From assembly GCA_964035545.1 (NCBI GenBank), contig OZ037771.1:5737190-5801189 (forward strand): 64,000 nt of DNA, in the 5' to 3' direction. This stretch comes from Bugula neritina. Lineage: Eukaryota > Animalia > Bryozoa. The translations under genes and the position numbers were made by a program. This document shows positions 33,701 to 56,109 of the stretch, piece after piece (the stretch's first letter is position 1; each line of letters begins with the position of its first letter). The notes below the pieces were generated by a model that searched no databases, had not been told where the DNA came from, and worked only from the letters and a program-made list of their open reading frames with translations.

Positions 33701-36700
33701 AAAGTTGACATTTTTGAATGTTAATGTAATTTCACATACTATGTAATTGGGAGTTGAAAAAAACTGGGCAATGAAAATGTTATAAAAGAGTTAGAAGTTA
33801 CATTTATGGATAACATGTAAAGCTTATGTGTTACTGTGCTGTTAATACATGCGTAAACTGAAGGCTTTATTCCAAAGTACTGTGTAACCTTCACCTTTCT
33901 TCTAGCACCTACTTGTCATGTTTCAACTTTTAGTCCACGCATCCTGCATCAGAACTCAAGTCTGATCTCCAACTGGCGTTAGACTTTCTTCAGCAAAACT
34001 TACCCAGGACATTGGTGAATCTGATTGCGCCATTTGATGTTTACAAACTTAGAGCTTTTGTATTTGTGGACGCAATATGTAACATTGCTCAGGAGTAAGT
34101 TTACAAGTTAAGCTAATCTACAGCAGTTGCTCTGAAATGAGTGATTCTGTATTTTAAAGTATGTAAACAAATAGGGTATAAATATATTTGAATTATTGCT
34201 ATAAAACTGTGTAAACATGCACTAGAAATTCTACAAATGAGTATTTTTAAGCAAATGCAAATTAAAAAGTTGCTTCATAATATAATGGTAATAGTTTCTT
34301 TTGCAAAACTTTTCAAATTAATGGCTTTTGAACAGGTTGAAAAATGCTACATACATTACTGTTTTGATATGAAACACTCTATCATTATGCAAATGATAGT
34401 TTGTATCAAATACAAGCTAACTAATGGCCAGTTTTCTCACCATGCTTATAGTTTTATTAGCTCCATGAGCTTAAATTATTATTATAATTTATATGTAAAG
34501 CAATATACCTTAAAGTTCCAAGCTGCGCATTATACCAATATGAATGTTTTATTCCATGTTTGAAACTAGTTGTATGGAACAAAACCACAAACATAAGTTT
34601 ATACAAACTACAACCACAAAGTCATCCATAGACGAGCACCCATTTGAATAATGTGAAGCAATAGATTATCTAAAAGCAGACACGAAATGAAGGATCTGAC
34701 AATTAACAACTACAACTGCATACCTCATTACCTTGTATACCTGTTTTGTAGAAGTTACATCTGCCCATGCGGATATAAAGAAGTGACATATGAGTTAAGA
34801 GACTCCCTACATTTAGCACCTTTAGCTGAAGAGTACAGATCAGTTGTAAGGAAACTAGTCTACAGTAGGAGATACGAGACACGTGAAGATTTCACAGTTG
34901 TCATCCAACCATTCCTTTCAAACTTTACTCTTCTACGCAATGAAGTATGTCCCTCACAATATAACCCAATATATACTTTCTTTAAATGCAATACTGTTTA
35001 TTGTAGACAGGTTTAGATACAAGAATATGCATGCATTTCAATATATTTATTGCTGCATATGCATTATGTTCAAAAAGCAATGGTTGAATCTATACATTGA
35101 ACTTCGTTTTCAAGATTATAATAACGAAGGGATATGTCGTCACAGCTAAAACTATGTGATTGAACAAATTTTTGCAAAACAATATGTTTACTAAAATCAT
35201 GAAGTACTAAACTTCACCCAACACTTGACATATTTTCAGCAGCATTTTCTGGCAACAAATTTGTATATTTATATAACCTTATAATTTATGAATTTTAGAC
35301 AAAATTTTAAAAATAATCAGACAGATTTTAGTACATGTAAAAATTTTGATTTAACCAACCACCTACATAGTTGCAGGAAAAATCAACAGATGTGTAGTAG
35401 TCGTGGAAATTATTTTAGTATTTTGTGTATCATTTAGGAAGGAGAACTTGACCGCTCTTACTTAGCAAAGGATTGCTTTCACCCCAACACTAAAGGTCAC
35501 AATATGCTGGGTATAGGTCTTTGGAACTCTATGGTATGCATAGCCAATGTTTCATACACTATTCTTATACATTTCTGTATAATTATAAATAGTTATTTGC
35601 TATTATAATATATTATATAATCTAAAGTGAATCAAGGTGACATCAAATTATATCTGGTAAACGCTTCGCATATGATTCAGCTGAAGGAAATAAGTATATC
35701 TTCAAGAAGTAGCTTATGTATTAAATTTATAATGTTACCTGTGAAAAATAAAAGTACTTATTTTAAGAGTCCTCTGTCCTGTTTTAGTTATGCCCGATAG
35801 TTTCTGTTTGTAGTGTAGAAGTTCTAGCAAGAATGGCTTGTTACAAAATTTTCTTAATTTGAATATTTTTCTAGTTCCTAAATTAATAAAGCTATTTCTA
35901 GTCATTAAATTGTAAAAAAAGTTATTATTTTTTGGTATTTCCAGTGTAGCTAAAAAGACTTGTTGAAATTGAAACATGCCAAATTTTTTATCATTTTCAT
36001 TTGATCAGCAAAATGAGTCATGGTTTTTGGTAAACTACATCAGAGCCCTTTGATTGCAACTCATTTGTTGACTCATAAAAATGTTTTACAATCAATTCAA
36101 ATTTTGGTAAAGTGCCAACTTTTTTATAATAGCCACAAAGCTGCTATGACAAACTAATATGATTAAAAGCACCACAACATTAGAGTATTTCAAAATTTTG
36201 AGCAAATTTTATCTTGATATATGCATTATGACCACTGTTTGAAAACATCAAAAAATAATTTTAATGTTTCACTTTATTTTTAAGCTGTTAATAATTCTTT
36301 TGCTCCCTCTTACCTTCCTTTTTTCTCTTCTCTTTAATTATAGCTGCTAATGATAGGCTCCAGGATAAAAACACTTGTATGTAAATAAATGAAGTTGCCT
36401 GTTTTACAACCTGCTAGACTTTGCTTTTTATAGCTTTAAAGTATGCCTCTTTTTAAATTGTGACGTAGTATGCATTTACGTATTTGAAAAAGGAGCTATA
36501 ACCTACACCAAATAAAAAGCTACTACAATGATTGTTAATTTACAGCTCAAGACGTACATTCACAAGCAGACACACCTGGACTACGATGCTATTCCTATTT
36601 GTCCAACAGTAAGTATGATACCACAACTTTGTGTCTAAGTGTTACTGACACCAGCTTCACCTAATTGAGGCATCTGTTCACATTAGTCAGATGGCATTGT

Positions 36701-37373
36701 AGCAATGGCTAAATAGTAGCCATTAGCAAGTGCTCTATGGAGTAATGCCCTGTGATGCTGTTTTTTTATTTAATAACAAAAAATGCTAAAAAGAAAAATT
36801 ATCATTCAAAATGCTTGTGTTTCAATAAAATTTGTTTTTGATATAATTGGCCTTGAAAAAAAGAATATTGCTTAAGATATACTAATAAAAATGAGTAAAA
36901 CGATGAAAGGAAATAAAATTAATTATCTATGACATGTTTAGTGGGTAAATCAATATATTGCAAAATAACTTAGCAAGATACTTTTATGTCATCAATTATG
37001 TTTATAGAGGTTTCAGCAGCAAACTCAATGAGTGAAGCAGCTGTATAACTATTGTATTTTAACTAGTTTAAGGCTGCAAAGTAAATACATCTGCATGCTG
37101 TTATTTTAGTACAATATTGTTTTACATTCGGCAATGTTTAAACCTTTCAAGTAATTATTCATCAATTTTAAATTGAATTGAAATTTTTCGATAATCAGCA
37201 TAGCATTTGAAAATTTATTTGATTAAGTAGCAATTACATCAAATGTATTAAACTGCTAATGAAAATAAGTTTTTTTAACTTATGATCACCATGCTTTTTA
37301 TTTATTATAAATTATTATTTTTTGCTTTTAATTGTAGACTGAGTATATACCAACAGAGAAGAACTATTTGTGA
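30783..37373 (+). CDS. Secreted phospholipase B1-like GDSL/SGNH lipase, copy 4 (~366 aa)
   Basis: Exons 30783-30918, 31630-31756, 31863-31909, 33122-33230, 33480-33612, 33934-34094, 34752-34944, 35438-35533, 36546-36608, 37338-37373. VHRLRVGDIKVVAGIGDSLT, DFENDWKIL, DFTVVIQPFL, DCFHP, GLWNSM. Confidence 0.9.
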
Positions 37374-37876
37374 TAAACTCTATTCTAAAAAATTATGGAA
37401 TAATTTTTCAAAAGTGAGAACTGTGACCAGAACTTTTTCCAAGTTTTGATTGCATAACTAAAATGACGATAAAATTTTTTGGCAAAACTTCTATTGAATC
37501 ATATTTTAGGATAAATGTAATCCTTAGGAGGCAAAATATAAAGGCATTACTCCGCATGCAACTGCTTTAATAAAGCATCTAATATTATATAAACCTGACA
37601 GTTGCTCAATATTTCATGCTTATCTGTTAAGTTTAGAAACAATGCTTAAAAAACTACATTATATATCCAACTGTTCAAAGACTCAAAGATATAATATTTA
37701 CCTATAAGGTGGTTCGTGCATATTATATATTAGGTTATAATTGCAACTAGTTTTTATAGCCCAGTTATCTTGATGGTTTCACATAATATCATGACATCAT
37801 TTATTTTCAAAGAGTATAAACATTGAAATTATTTCTTTTGATAAATCAAAAGTCATGTTGTTGTGCTAAATACAAC

Positions 37877-40800
37877 ATGGCAGCCGATTTGCCGAGTCAT
37901 GACAAGCACATGGCCAATCCCAGCATTAGATATGCTAACGGCTTGTCAATGGAAAGAGATGTTCACGTAAGTGGCTATCAGATCATCAAGCTTTGATTTG
38001 TTAAAGGAAAATAGATAAAAACATTTACTAGTACTAGTTAAAATTTATATTCTTTAAAATGCAAAAAAATATTGTTTCTGGAAAAAAATTATTTACATGT
38101 AGCATTAACTTTTATATTGGAAGACAATGAGTTTTTATAACTATTGCAATTATTATAGAATTATTCCATAATTATATACTATTATTATCACTTCATATTG
38201 TGTGTAGGAACACATACAAAAGACTTCTTTAGAATCAGCTCATTCCAAGCTGATAGATGCATCCAATTATCAGTTCGAACCTCATTTGAAACCAACCGTC
38301 AAGTTCAGTCAAGTCTCTCAGCCAAATGAGTCTCAGGCACTCAAGTCAGTTGTGGCTTTTGACTTTACAGCTCCAAAGCTGCATGAGGTGAACTAGACAT
38401 TTTTAAAGACAAAGCAAACTAATCAAATGTTTGTAATATGTGACATATATAGTCAGAGTAAGACTTAGGAAGCAGCCGTGGTCTAGGGGTTCGGGCGTTT
38501 GGCTTAGTAAACACGAAGCCATGGGTTCGAACCCTACTAAAGGCCATTGATGATGTTAGGAAGAATATCCAGCCATAATTACTTTTGTGCCCCCATCTAA
38601 AAAAGTATTTAGCCTATTTTAACTTAAGAAAAACCTTTCCATCAGGGGTTTCTCACAGGGAAAGCGACTATTAAGTTTTATAGTAAGAGTAAGACTTATA
38701 TATAATGTATAATGCCTAATGTGCAATATGTAATATATAATGTGTATATATATAATATATAATACATAATATTATATATAATGTTTAATATATAATATAT
38801 AATCAAATTTATGCCTTATATGGTATTGCACATGATAGATATATAAAAAGACAATGGCAGCTATAGAAGAACACAAGGTTATGATAACATCTGAATATAA
38901 AAGTTTAAGACGAGAGCTGGACATTGAAAAAGGAAATTTAGGAAGCCAAATTAAGTTAGCTAAGAAGGAAAACCGGTCCAGCAAGCATATTGACCAGTTA
39001 GCCAAAATGGTTTGTTTAACATTTTTTATAATGTTATTGATGTTTGAAAATTGTCTTTAACATATAGTTCTAAAATATAAATTATTTCTATATATGGAAT
39101 AAAGAACAAACATAGAGGTAAAATATTAAAACCAAATCTACTCTCAATATAAATCCTTGGTTTTGAATAAATAATAATTATATGAAGCTTCTGCTATAAA
39201 ATACCACAATACATGTGTTATACTTTATATAACTACACAAAATCAAAACCATACTTCGCTTGCAAGCCCTGTGTTTTTGAGTTACGAATAGTTTCTATTT
39301 AGGGATACAACTCTAAAAGAACACAAATGGCTCAACTACATGAAGTGCTTATGAAACATCACTTTTCATTGGCAAAAGTAGAGGCTGCGTGTATTGAGGC
39401 GTTAAAAGACGAGTGTTTAGAGTATGTGCAGTCTGTTAACAAGGCAGAACTTCTGACATGGAAGAGCACCTGTCAGAACCTGCACATGATGCTAGATGTG
39501 CCAGTGACAGGGTTTACCATCAAAGTAGGTATAGCAATATAGTGTGTTCTCTTTTCATAACAGTATCTTATTAGTATACACAAATATTTAAGAAAACTAA
39601 ATGGGCAGTTGGAGTTGATCTCACATTTAAAGCTATATAACCAAGTTCTGCCTATTATAAGCAACTAATGTCAAGTAGCAACTGTACTATCACTAAATAT
39701 TTTAGCAGTCAACACATGAATGTTTTATGCATGCATGTGATGCTGAACTGAAAAAAATGGTTTATATAATCAACAGTAAACTTAGAATCGAAAATGAATT
39801 TGGAGATGAAAGTGTCATAGAACATATTATCTAAATATGTCAAAATTCACTACGAGATTTGAACGTCTAATAAACCTTTTCTAATTGAATTCTAAAATAA
39901 ACTTGTAATTTGATAATAATTTTATAAAACAGTTTTCTGTAGTCTACAAAACTATACGTAAATTGATTATACGACATCAAAATTTATATAAATGTAAACT
40001 TGTTTAGTTAGTTTTAACTAAAATTCCAAAAGGAAATAATTAGCAATCTCTTACGGTATAGACTAAAAAAAGAAAATGAAAGACTGCGATAGACTAAATA
40101 ATATCGCAACTCTAAAAAAGTTAGCATAACAGAATATTGATGCTCACAGCTTGGTGGGTATGTGTCAAATAGAACTATTATATATCTCTGAGCTCACATG
40201 GCTTATTATAATTTATTAACAGAAGAAAGAGAGAAAAATAAAGAAATGTTTGGCAGAGATGGAGTCATTAGCAAACAAAGCAATTGCAGATTTTCGAAAG
40301 TTTTATACTGAAAATGGGTTGAAGCCAGATGGAGATGCAGATATATTTACATGGAAAACTATTCAATATCTTGACGGCATCTTTCAACTGGTAGCTGGAC
40401 AAACTCAACTGAAAAAAGTAATATCTCATTTGAAAGTTAAGCAGCTTTTACAAGTTAAACTTTTATTTGTTGACTTTATCACCAATATTGTCTACATCAC
40501 TTCTATGTATGTTTATAACTGTTTTACTATAGGGGTTTTGGTTAGTTTGTGATATTAGGAATTGCATGCTTATATATAAATAGCTTCTCAAATCATGAAT
40601 TACCTATGCCTTGACTATATCAGAGTTTTATCAATAGAATAATTTTTTCATCAGAGTTCATACTGAACTCTTACAGCTCTTATGTAGTATTGACATGTAC
40701 TGATGAAACTTGGGCTATAATTTGTATATGCCATTGCATAAGTAAAACCTAATCGGCATTATTTTGTCAATAGGTACAGTTGGTAAAGTCTTGGCCACCT

Positions 40801-43334
40801 TTTGGAGAACACGTGAAGGAAACTCTGTGCAAGCAAACTCAATTGGTGAGATACACTCAGCAGGGGAGGCTCGAATCAATGGCAATCTATTGTTTCAATC
40901 ACCTATGTGATATACAAGAAAGAGGAGCTAAAAGACATGGAAAACTTATGCAAAAGGTCAGCATATGCTGCTTCTTTTTATAAATATTAGTGCACTATAA
41001 ATAAGTGTGCCATGGCTTTACCATATCTGTAACTTTTCTGAGCCATGTCTCTATCATGCTTCTACCATGTCGCTACCATATCTGTACCATGTCTATGCTA
41101 TGTTTGTACCATGTCTATGCTATGTCTGAACCATGTCTGTATCATGTTTGTACCACAGTCATATTTGGTCAAAACCAGTATCTGATGAATGTACTAGTGA
41201 CATGTGCTATGGATTAGGTAGCCAAGGAACAAGAGTTGTTAGACAAGGAAAGAAGTGAGTTGAGAAGTAAAACAGAAAACAGGAAGTCACGCAGTAAACA
41301 CACCCACCGGAACCAGCAACACAATGGCGTAGAAACCAGACCTCCATTGCAAATGCCTGGTGGACATTATGGTGGTCTGTACAGCATTTTCTGAATTCAA
41401 AGTTTTTTCACTGTCTACTGTACTTTAGCAAATGCTCCAAGAATTAAAGTAAAGATACTGAAATATTGATTTTATTAACCTTTATTAAAAGTTGCTTTAC
41501 TTTGAGCAAGCAGCAATGTTGTTATTGTTATGTAGGTTTAGGTGGTGGTATGGGTGGTTTTGGTGGTGGACAAGGATACGGCTTACCTATGGGGAACTTC
41601 AACATGTCAAACGGAGTTGATCTACAGTCAATTAGCAACAGCTCAGCTCACCGTGGTCTTTTTGGCCCAGCAGCAATCGGAGAGGGAACTGCTTGTACCG
41701 AGACAAGTTAGTTTTACTAGGACATGATTAGCTATATATAACAAGTTTAAAACAAGCAAATTAATTCTTAAACTTAAAATACATTTGTTTTATAAATTTG
41801 CTTTTAAAAATGCAGAAATAAGACTTTAGTAAATTTTATAAAGCATTTTGTGTAATCTAGGCCACATTTAAGATTTATGCTCAACTTGACTTCTTAATTT
41901 ATGAGTATCAGTTGATGTCAAAAGTGTACTTTATGAATATGCATTTGGAGAAGGAAAAACATATAGAATACTTTTGCAATTTGCATACCACAATATCAGC
42001 ACAAACCATTGCAACATTACCCTCAAGTAAACAGGCAATTCTCCCTTTTAAGTGTACTCTTTCTCCTTCTCCAAACAATAAGTGTTTAATTATTAACTCT
42101 TATTTGAAATCTTTAATCAAAGTAATGACAATTCCAAAATTTTTTGTTGAATATATTAAATAAAGATGATTGGTCTAATAATATTTGTCATCATTAAAAC
42201 TGCGACTTCAATGAATCCTGGCCATAGCATGTAATTTTCCAAATCTAAACTTTTTATGCTTTTGAAATGTTAAAGCATTTCTGCTATTACGTTGTTAAAT
42301 AGAACATGAACAAGCAAATAAAACCTGTCCTGGTGAGGAAGCAGGCCTAACCTATGCTAGCTTGGTTAAACTCCCAACTGTCAACAAAAGGGAAAGCGTA
42401 GCTCAATACTTGGAAACTTTAGCAACCAATCATCTTGAAGGTATGTCCTTAGCAACCAATCATTCTGAAGGTATGTTTAACCTATTGCTACAGTGCTTTA
42501 TAAGTAGAAACTCATTTTATTACCAAAAGAAAACTAACCAGAGTTCTGTTCAGATAATTGTAAATAAAAGGTTTAGTGTACTCTTACATATCTGAGGCAG
42601 AAGGTATGTGAAATCTTAGTATCAATCGGTTAACAACTGGCTTGCAAGCAAGTGTGCTACCATTACACCACGGAGGCCACTGGGTAAACTGAACACTACA
42701 TCCCACCCAGTTCTCTGAACTCCACTGCCCTAACTACTACTCCTTCAGTCATCAGGCTCTCCTGGCCACTCAACTCCCTCGGAGTACTTCAACTACACTT
42801 CACTAAAGGCCGAAATAGCTTGTAAAATAATTGCCCTCACTTGGAATCTAACCCAAGTCCTCTGGCTTGCAAGCAAGTGTGCTACCATTGCACCACGGAG
42901 CCACTGGGTAAACTGAACACTACAAAGTGCTTGTTATTTTTATATAATATTAATATCACAGTCTAATTGACTGCAACAATATACTCTAGCATCACCTACG
43001 TATTAGTTATTGATAGAGCTGAGATTCTGCTAGGTGTTTCATCACCAGAACTATCACCAGAACCTGCATCTCCGCAAGAGGTATTGGTTGAGCTGACAAA
43101 GGAAATCAATAACAATGGTAATGAACAATCTAAAAGGCAACAGTCTGAAGCCACTTCTACAACCAATCAGCCAGCAGCAAATCAGAACTACAATGCTGAT
43201 TCTTCTAGTCTGGAAGATTCATCTAGTGACAGTGATGAGGTTTGCAATAGTTGAATACATATAAGATGGTCAAGTTTTGTGGAGTAGTGCACTGTATGTA
43301 CAGATATAGGCTGTGCGTGCGTGCGTGCGTGCAG

Positions 43335-43385
<51 letters not shown>

Positions 43386-44939
43386 TGTGTGTGTGTGTGT
43401 GTTCTGCAATATAATCATTTGATTTTTACACCAAAAATATGTAAGGACTCAGCACACATCAATAGCAAAAAGTCTATATTTGTATTTTCATATGGTCAGA
43501 GTTTGCAGTTAGGTGATATTCTTTTATTATATGCTAAAAATGTGGATCTTGAGTAGTAAATCGTTTTTGTTTCAAATACTATTGTAGGTATTTGAAAAAC
43601 AAATTTTAAGAAAAAAAATTTTTGTGCAAGGATGTTTTCCTTTTCTAAAATAAGTTGCTGATGTTAAGTAATTTTACCTCGACAAAACCTCTTTTATAGC
43701 TTCACTGAAAGGCACCTGAACAGTTTAATGTAATTGTTATCTTGAACATTATAGTTTTCATATATTTTCAACTTTTGAAACAAAGGTTAACTAAAGTTTA
43801 GCTTCAATGCAGTAAATGTATTGACATCTCATTTAATGTCAGATTAAAAGTGATAGTTTAGTTTAATAAAGATACAAAATTAATCAATGAAATAAAATTT
43901 AACGAACAATCTGATCTTTTTATGGTATCTTTTGATCAACAATCTCGCAGAGCAGATCTGCAGTCACAAAGAGGAAACCAGACAAAAAGCCAAGTAAAAG
44001 AAAAAGCTCATCAGATGATGGAAGTTCTTCAGGCAGTGGCAGCAGTGGCAGTAGCGGTAGCGGCAGCAGCAGTGGTAGTAGTGGTAGTAGCTCTGGCACA
44101 GGATCCTCTAGTAAATCTAATAGTAAGTTTATTTAAGGCTATCAACTTCTTTTAAATGTTAGAGCATACCATGATGTGATATTTATTGGTAGTGACAATG
44201 AAATTCTGCTTTTTCACGAACCCTTAGCTCTGTGTAGTCATAGCTACTTTGGCAACTTGCTGTATAATAGAGTATATATTGTATTTCATGAGCAGTGTTT
44301 TATCTTTTTTAGTAAAAATATACTAAACTGTCATTTTCTTTATTAATTCTATAAACAGCTTAGAGCTAGTTAACTGGTTACATTAGTTAACTAACAGCTC
44401 CATTTAAGGATGTTAGTATTTTCAACCAGCATAAGTTACATTGCCAGCTATACTTAGTTGAAATTCAATTTTGATAGAATTAATCAATTTGTTTAGCTAG
44501 GGAGACATTTTTAAACAAGTGTTGATAGCTATAGCAACTTGCTAATACTATATAGCCCGCTATTTCAGGTCAGGACTTATCTGAAGACGAAAGTAAGGCA
44601 CGGGGTGACTATAAGGAATTCATACCCAACGAATATCAGGAGAAATGGAATTTTAAAAGTATTTGTAAAAAATGTGTCAACATGGACACTCTAGTGAAAA
44701 AGCTTTGCCCATGTTTAAAGTGAGTTATTTCGTAAACATGATATACTATAATTAGTAGCATGTTTTATAGTAGCATGAACCTTTATTGAGAGTTATATTG
44801 CATAGCAAAGGGTTGATGTTGTAGAGATCAGTACCAAGATTTTAAGGAGAGACAGGAAGAGAAGAAAATGAAGAAAGAGTTGCGGCAGAATGTCTTGCTT
44901 AGACTTCGACAGGAGGCCAACAGCAGAAGACAGATGTAA
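37877..44939 (+). CDS. Uncharacterised ~720 aa protein: helical/coiled-coil N-half, Gly- and Ser-rich low-complexity C-half, basic coiled-coil tail
   Basis: Phase-consistent exons 37877-37966, 38208-38387, 38839-39009, 39303-39524, 40223-40417, 40774-40956, 41218-41371, 41537-41707, 42303-42440, 43007-43239, 43951-44122, 44569-44719, 44825-44939. A few splice sites have in-frame alternatives. No family recognised. Confidence 0.75.
38468..38680 (+). mobile_element. tRNA-derived SINE, most complete copy
   Basis: GCAGCCGTGGTCTAGGGGTT A-box, GGTTCGAACCC B-box, shared body and tail. Confidence 0.8.
41020..41156. repeat. 11-bp minisatellite (TACCATGTCTA-like)
   Basis: About 11-12 degenerate units inside an intron. 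Confidence 0.7.
42637..42924 (-). mobile_element. Miniature LTR retroelement (TRIM) with tRNA-containing LTRs: full LTR, 120-bp internal region, truncated LTR
   Basis: LTR 42821-42924 (104 bp, TGTA...TACA); internal region 42701-42820; partial LTR 42637-42700. Both LTRs match the solo copy at 6108-6212. A purine-rich GAGAACTGGGTGGGA precedes the downstream LTR on the minus strand. Confidence 0.75.
43314..43401. repeat. (TGCG)n/(TG)n microsatellite
   Basis: Direct reading. Confidence 0.95.
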
Positions 44940-45988
44940 GATGACATCATCTGTATATAGTCATCACAACTTACAAGCCAATTGCTTATGACAATTGAAT
45001 CTACTATTTGAAGATTGTTTGAGATTATAGAATTCAAAACATCACCTTAGATGCAAGACTGTTACATAATGAAGAAGGGGGGGGGGCGTTGAATTATGCA
45101 ACACTTGACTTTATATACTCTTTGGAGCAGCAGATGTAGAGTAGCAATGTGTGCTGTTCATAGCCAGTTTATACTAGTCTAATTTTTAGTTATCACATGA
45201 ATAAAACCAATCAGCGTGTTTGATGCTACATTTTTATTTATCAATTGAATCACAAAACATACAAGACAACAAATACAATAACATTAAGTAAAGCCAACAG
45301 TTGGTAAGAGTGTAATAAGTAGTATAATATGACATAGCAAAGAAGACAACTCTTAAGTCTGTGCTACTTTTAATACATCATGTCCTTACATGAGAAAGCA
45401 GGTGATGCAATAAGCATTACATAACTTATGAGATATCTCCTATTTTACTGAACAATAGAAAAACCTAGAAATTAAAGTTAAGTATATAGTAAAGGGCTAC
45501 TCACAGAGGAGTACAGTTAGACAGATGAGAAATATAGTAGTTAGCTAAACTAATTACAACAATTATAGTTAAGTTCTACTAAAATAAGCTGCGCTATAAT
45601 TTAGCTGCAGCATTCTGGGAATGCATGACAACTTCCTTTGAACTAAGGTAGAAAAATACTTGTGTTTACTTGTTTGCATTACAGTAAAGTAATAACAAAA
45701 TACTAATTAGTGCACAAATTATATGGAATGGATACAACAAGAGAAGATAAATCATAAATAGAGATATTTTAATTGTAAATATTCTAATATAGAAACATAA
45801 ACTAAATGTAATAAAATATAACAAGAGACAACAATTAGACAAAATACAACACAAAATAAAAGCGCCAAGAGGTAAAAAGAAGTAGTAAACATCAACATGC
45901 TGTTGAAACAAGAGATACTGTGAGTTATAGTGAATCATCTCTCGAGTGTAACTCAAGCCACTAGAAGATGCAAGTTCTGTTGCTGTGC

Positions 45989-55182
<9,194 letters not shown>

Positions 55183-56109
55183 TATAATTAAGACTATCTT
55201 TATAAATATGACGGGCTAAGTATCAGTTTGAGTATGAACTAAAGCTAAAACTTACACCTTAGCCCGGCTTAGGCTAAAAGTAAATCTAAATATTATAGTT
55301 ATAATTATAGTTATTCAGTTATTCTTAAACTTATGCCTATGGTGTATCTTGAAGTTGAAGATCGACTTGCGCTGCTACAGTTTCGAATGTAGTTAACCGA
55401 GCTAAATGATAAATCTTAAAGCAAGTATCTCATGCCACTATTTTTACAAAAGTGAAACTCGTGCCTCAATTCTAACCCTAGCAACTTCAGCTCCTGAGTG
55501 GTGTGACTGGATGATCACTAAAATTATAATTAACTACGGATACATACTAATACAGGAAACACTTATGTTTACATTTGGTTGGCCTGGAGTCGACAGCCTT
55601 GCTTTTTCACTGTCTAATAAACGATGCACCGTAAGTGTGCATAATAAAGTATGTTTACACAAAGCTCAATGCTCAAAGGCTATTGCAACTACAACGCGCC
55701 AATGAATTTGAATGCAGCACTGTATTCCATTTCAATACGACATATTATCGAGCATAATATATTTAGTGTGAACTTTGACCCTTTGTATATAACAAGCTTA
55801 TAGTTTAATTAAATAGTAAAAAAGACAACTCTGTAATAGATATGCGACCAATGAAAAAAACCAATACATAATTTCATACTATAGTTTCAGTTCAGTGGAA
55901 CTCATAATAATATCCAGTTTCCATTTCAGTACTAAAAAGTGCAGAACATAGCCTAAGTTATTATTATCATTTTCTTTTTGAAACGGCCAATGCAAGTCAT
56001 TTCCGGACGTTGACTAAATTGGAAAATCCACGGCTGCATTCATTTTGATTTTCCCGATTCAGATTGATAGCAAAATATTCGGTTTCAAATTGAAATTTAA
56101 ATAAGCAAA
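55183..56109. promoter_or_regulatory. Probable bidirectional promoter region between nicotinamidase and the TMBIM gene
   Basis: Divergent ATGs separated by 927 bp; several CCAAT boxes (~55699, 55848, 55861, 55987). TSSs not determined. Confidence 0.5.

Noticed and set aside
42694-42704. CACTACATCCC shared between the TRIM LTR junction and the hAT-like TIR
   Set aside because: Short match spanning an LTR/internal boundary with no other shared structure; likely coincidence.
56018-56032. ER-stress element (ATTGG...CCACG) upstream of the TMBIM gene
   Set aside because: The spacer is 5 nt; ERSE-II needs 1 nt and ERSE needs CCAAT-N9-CCACG.
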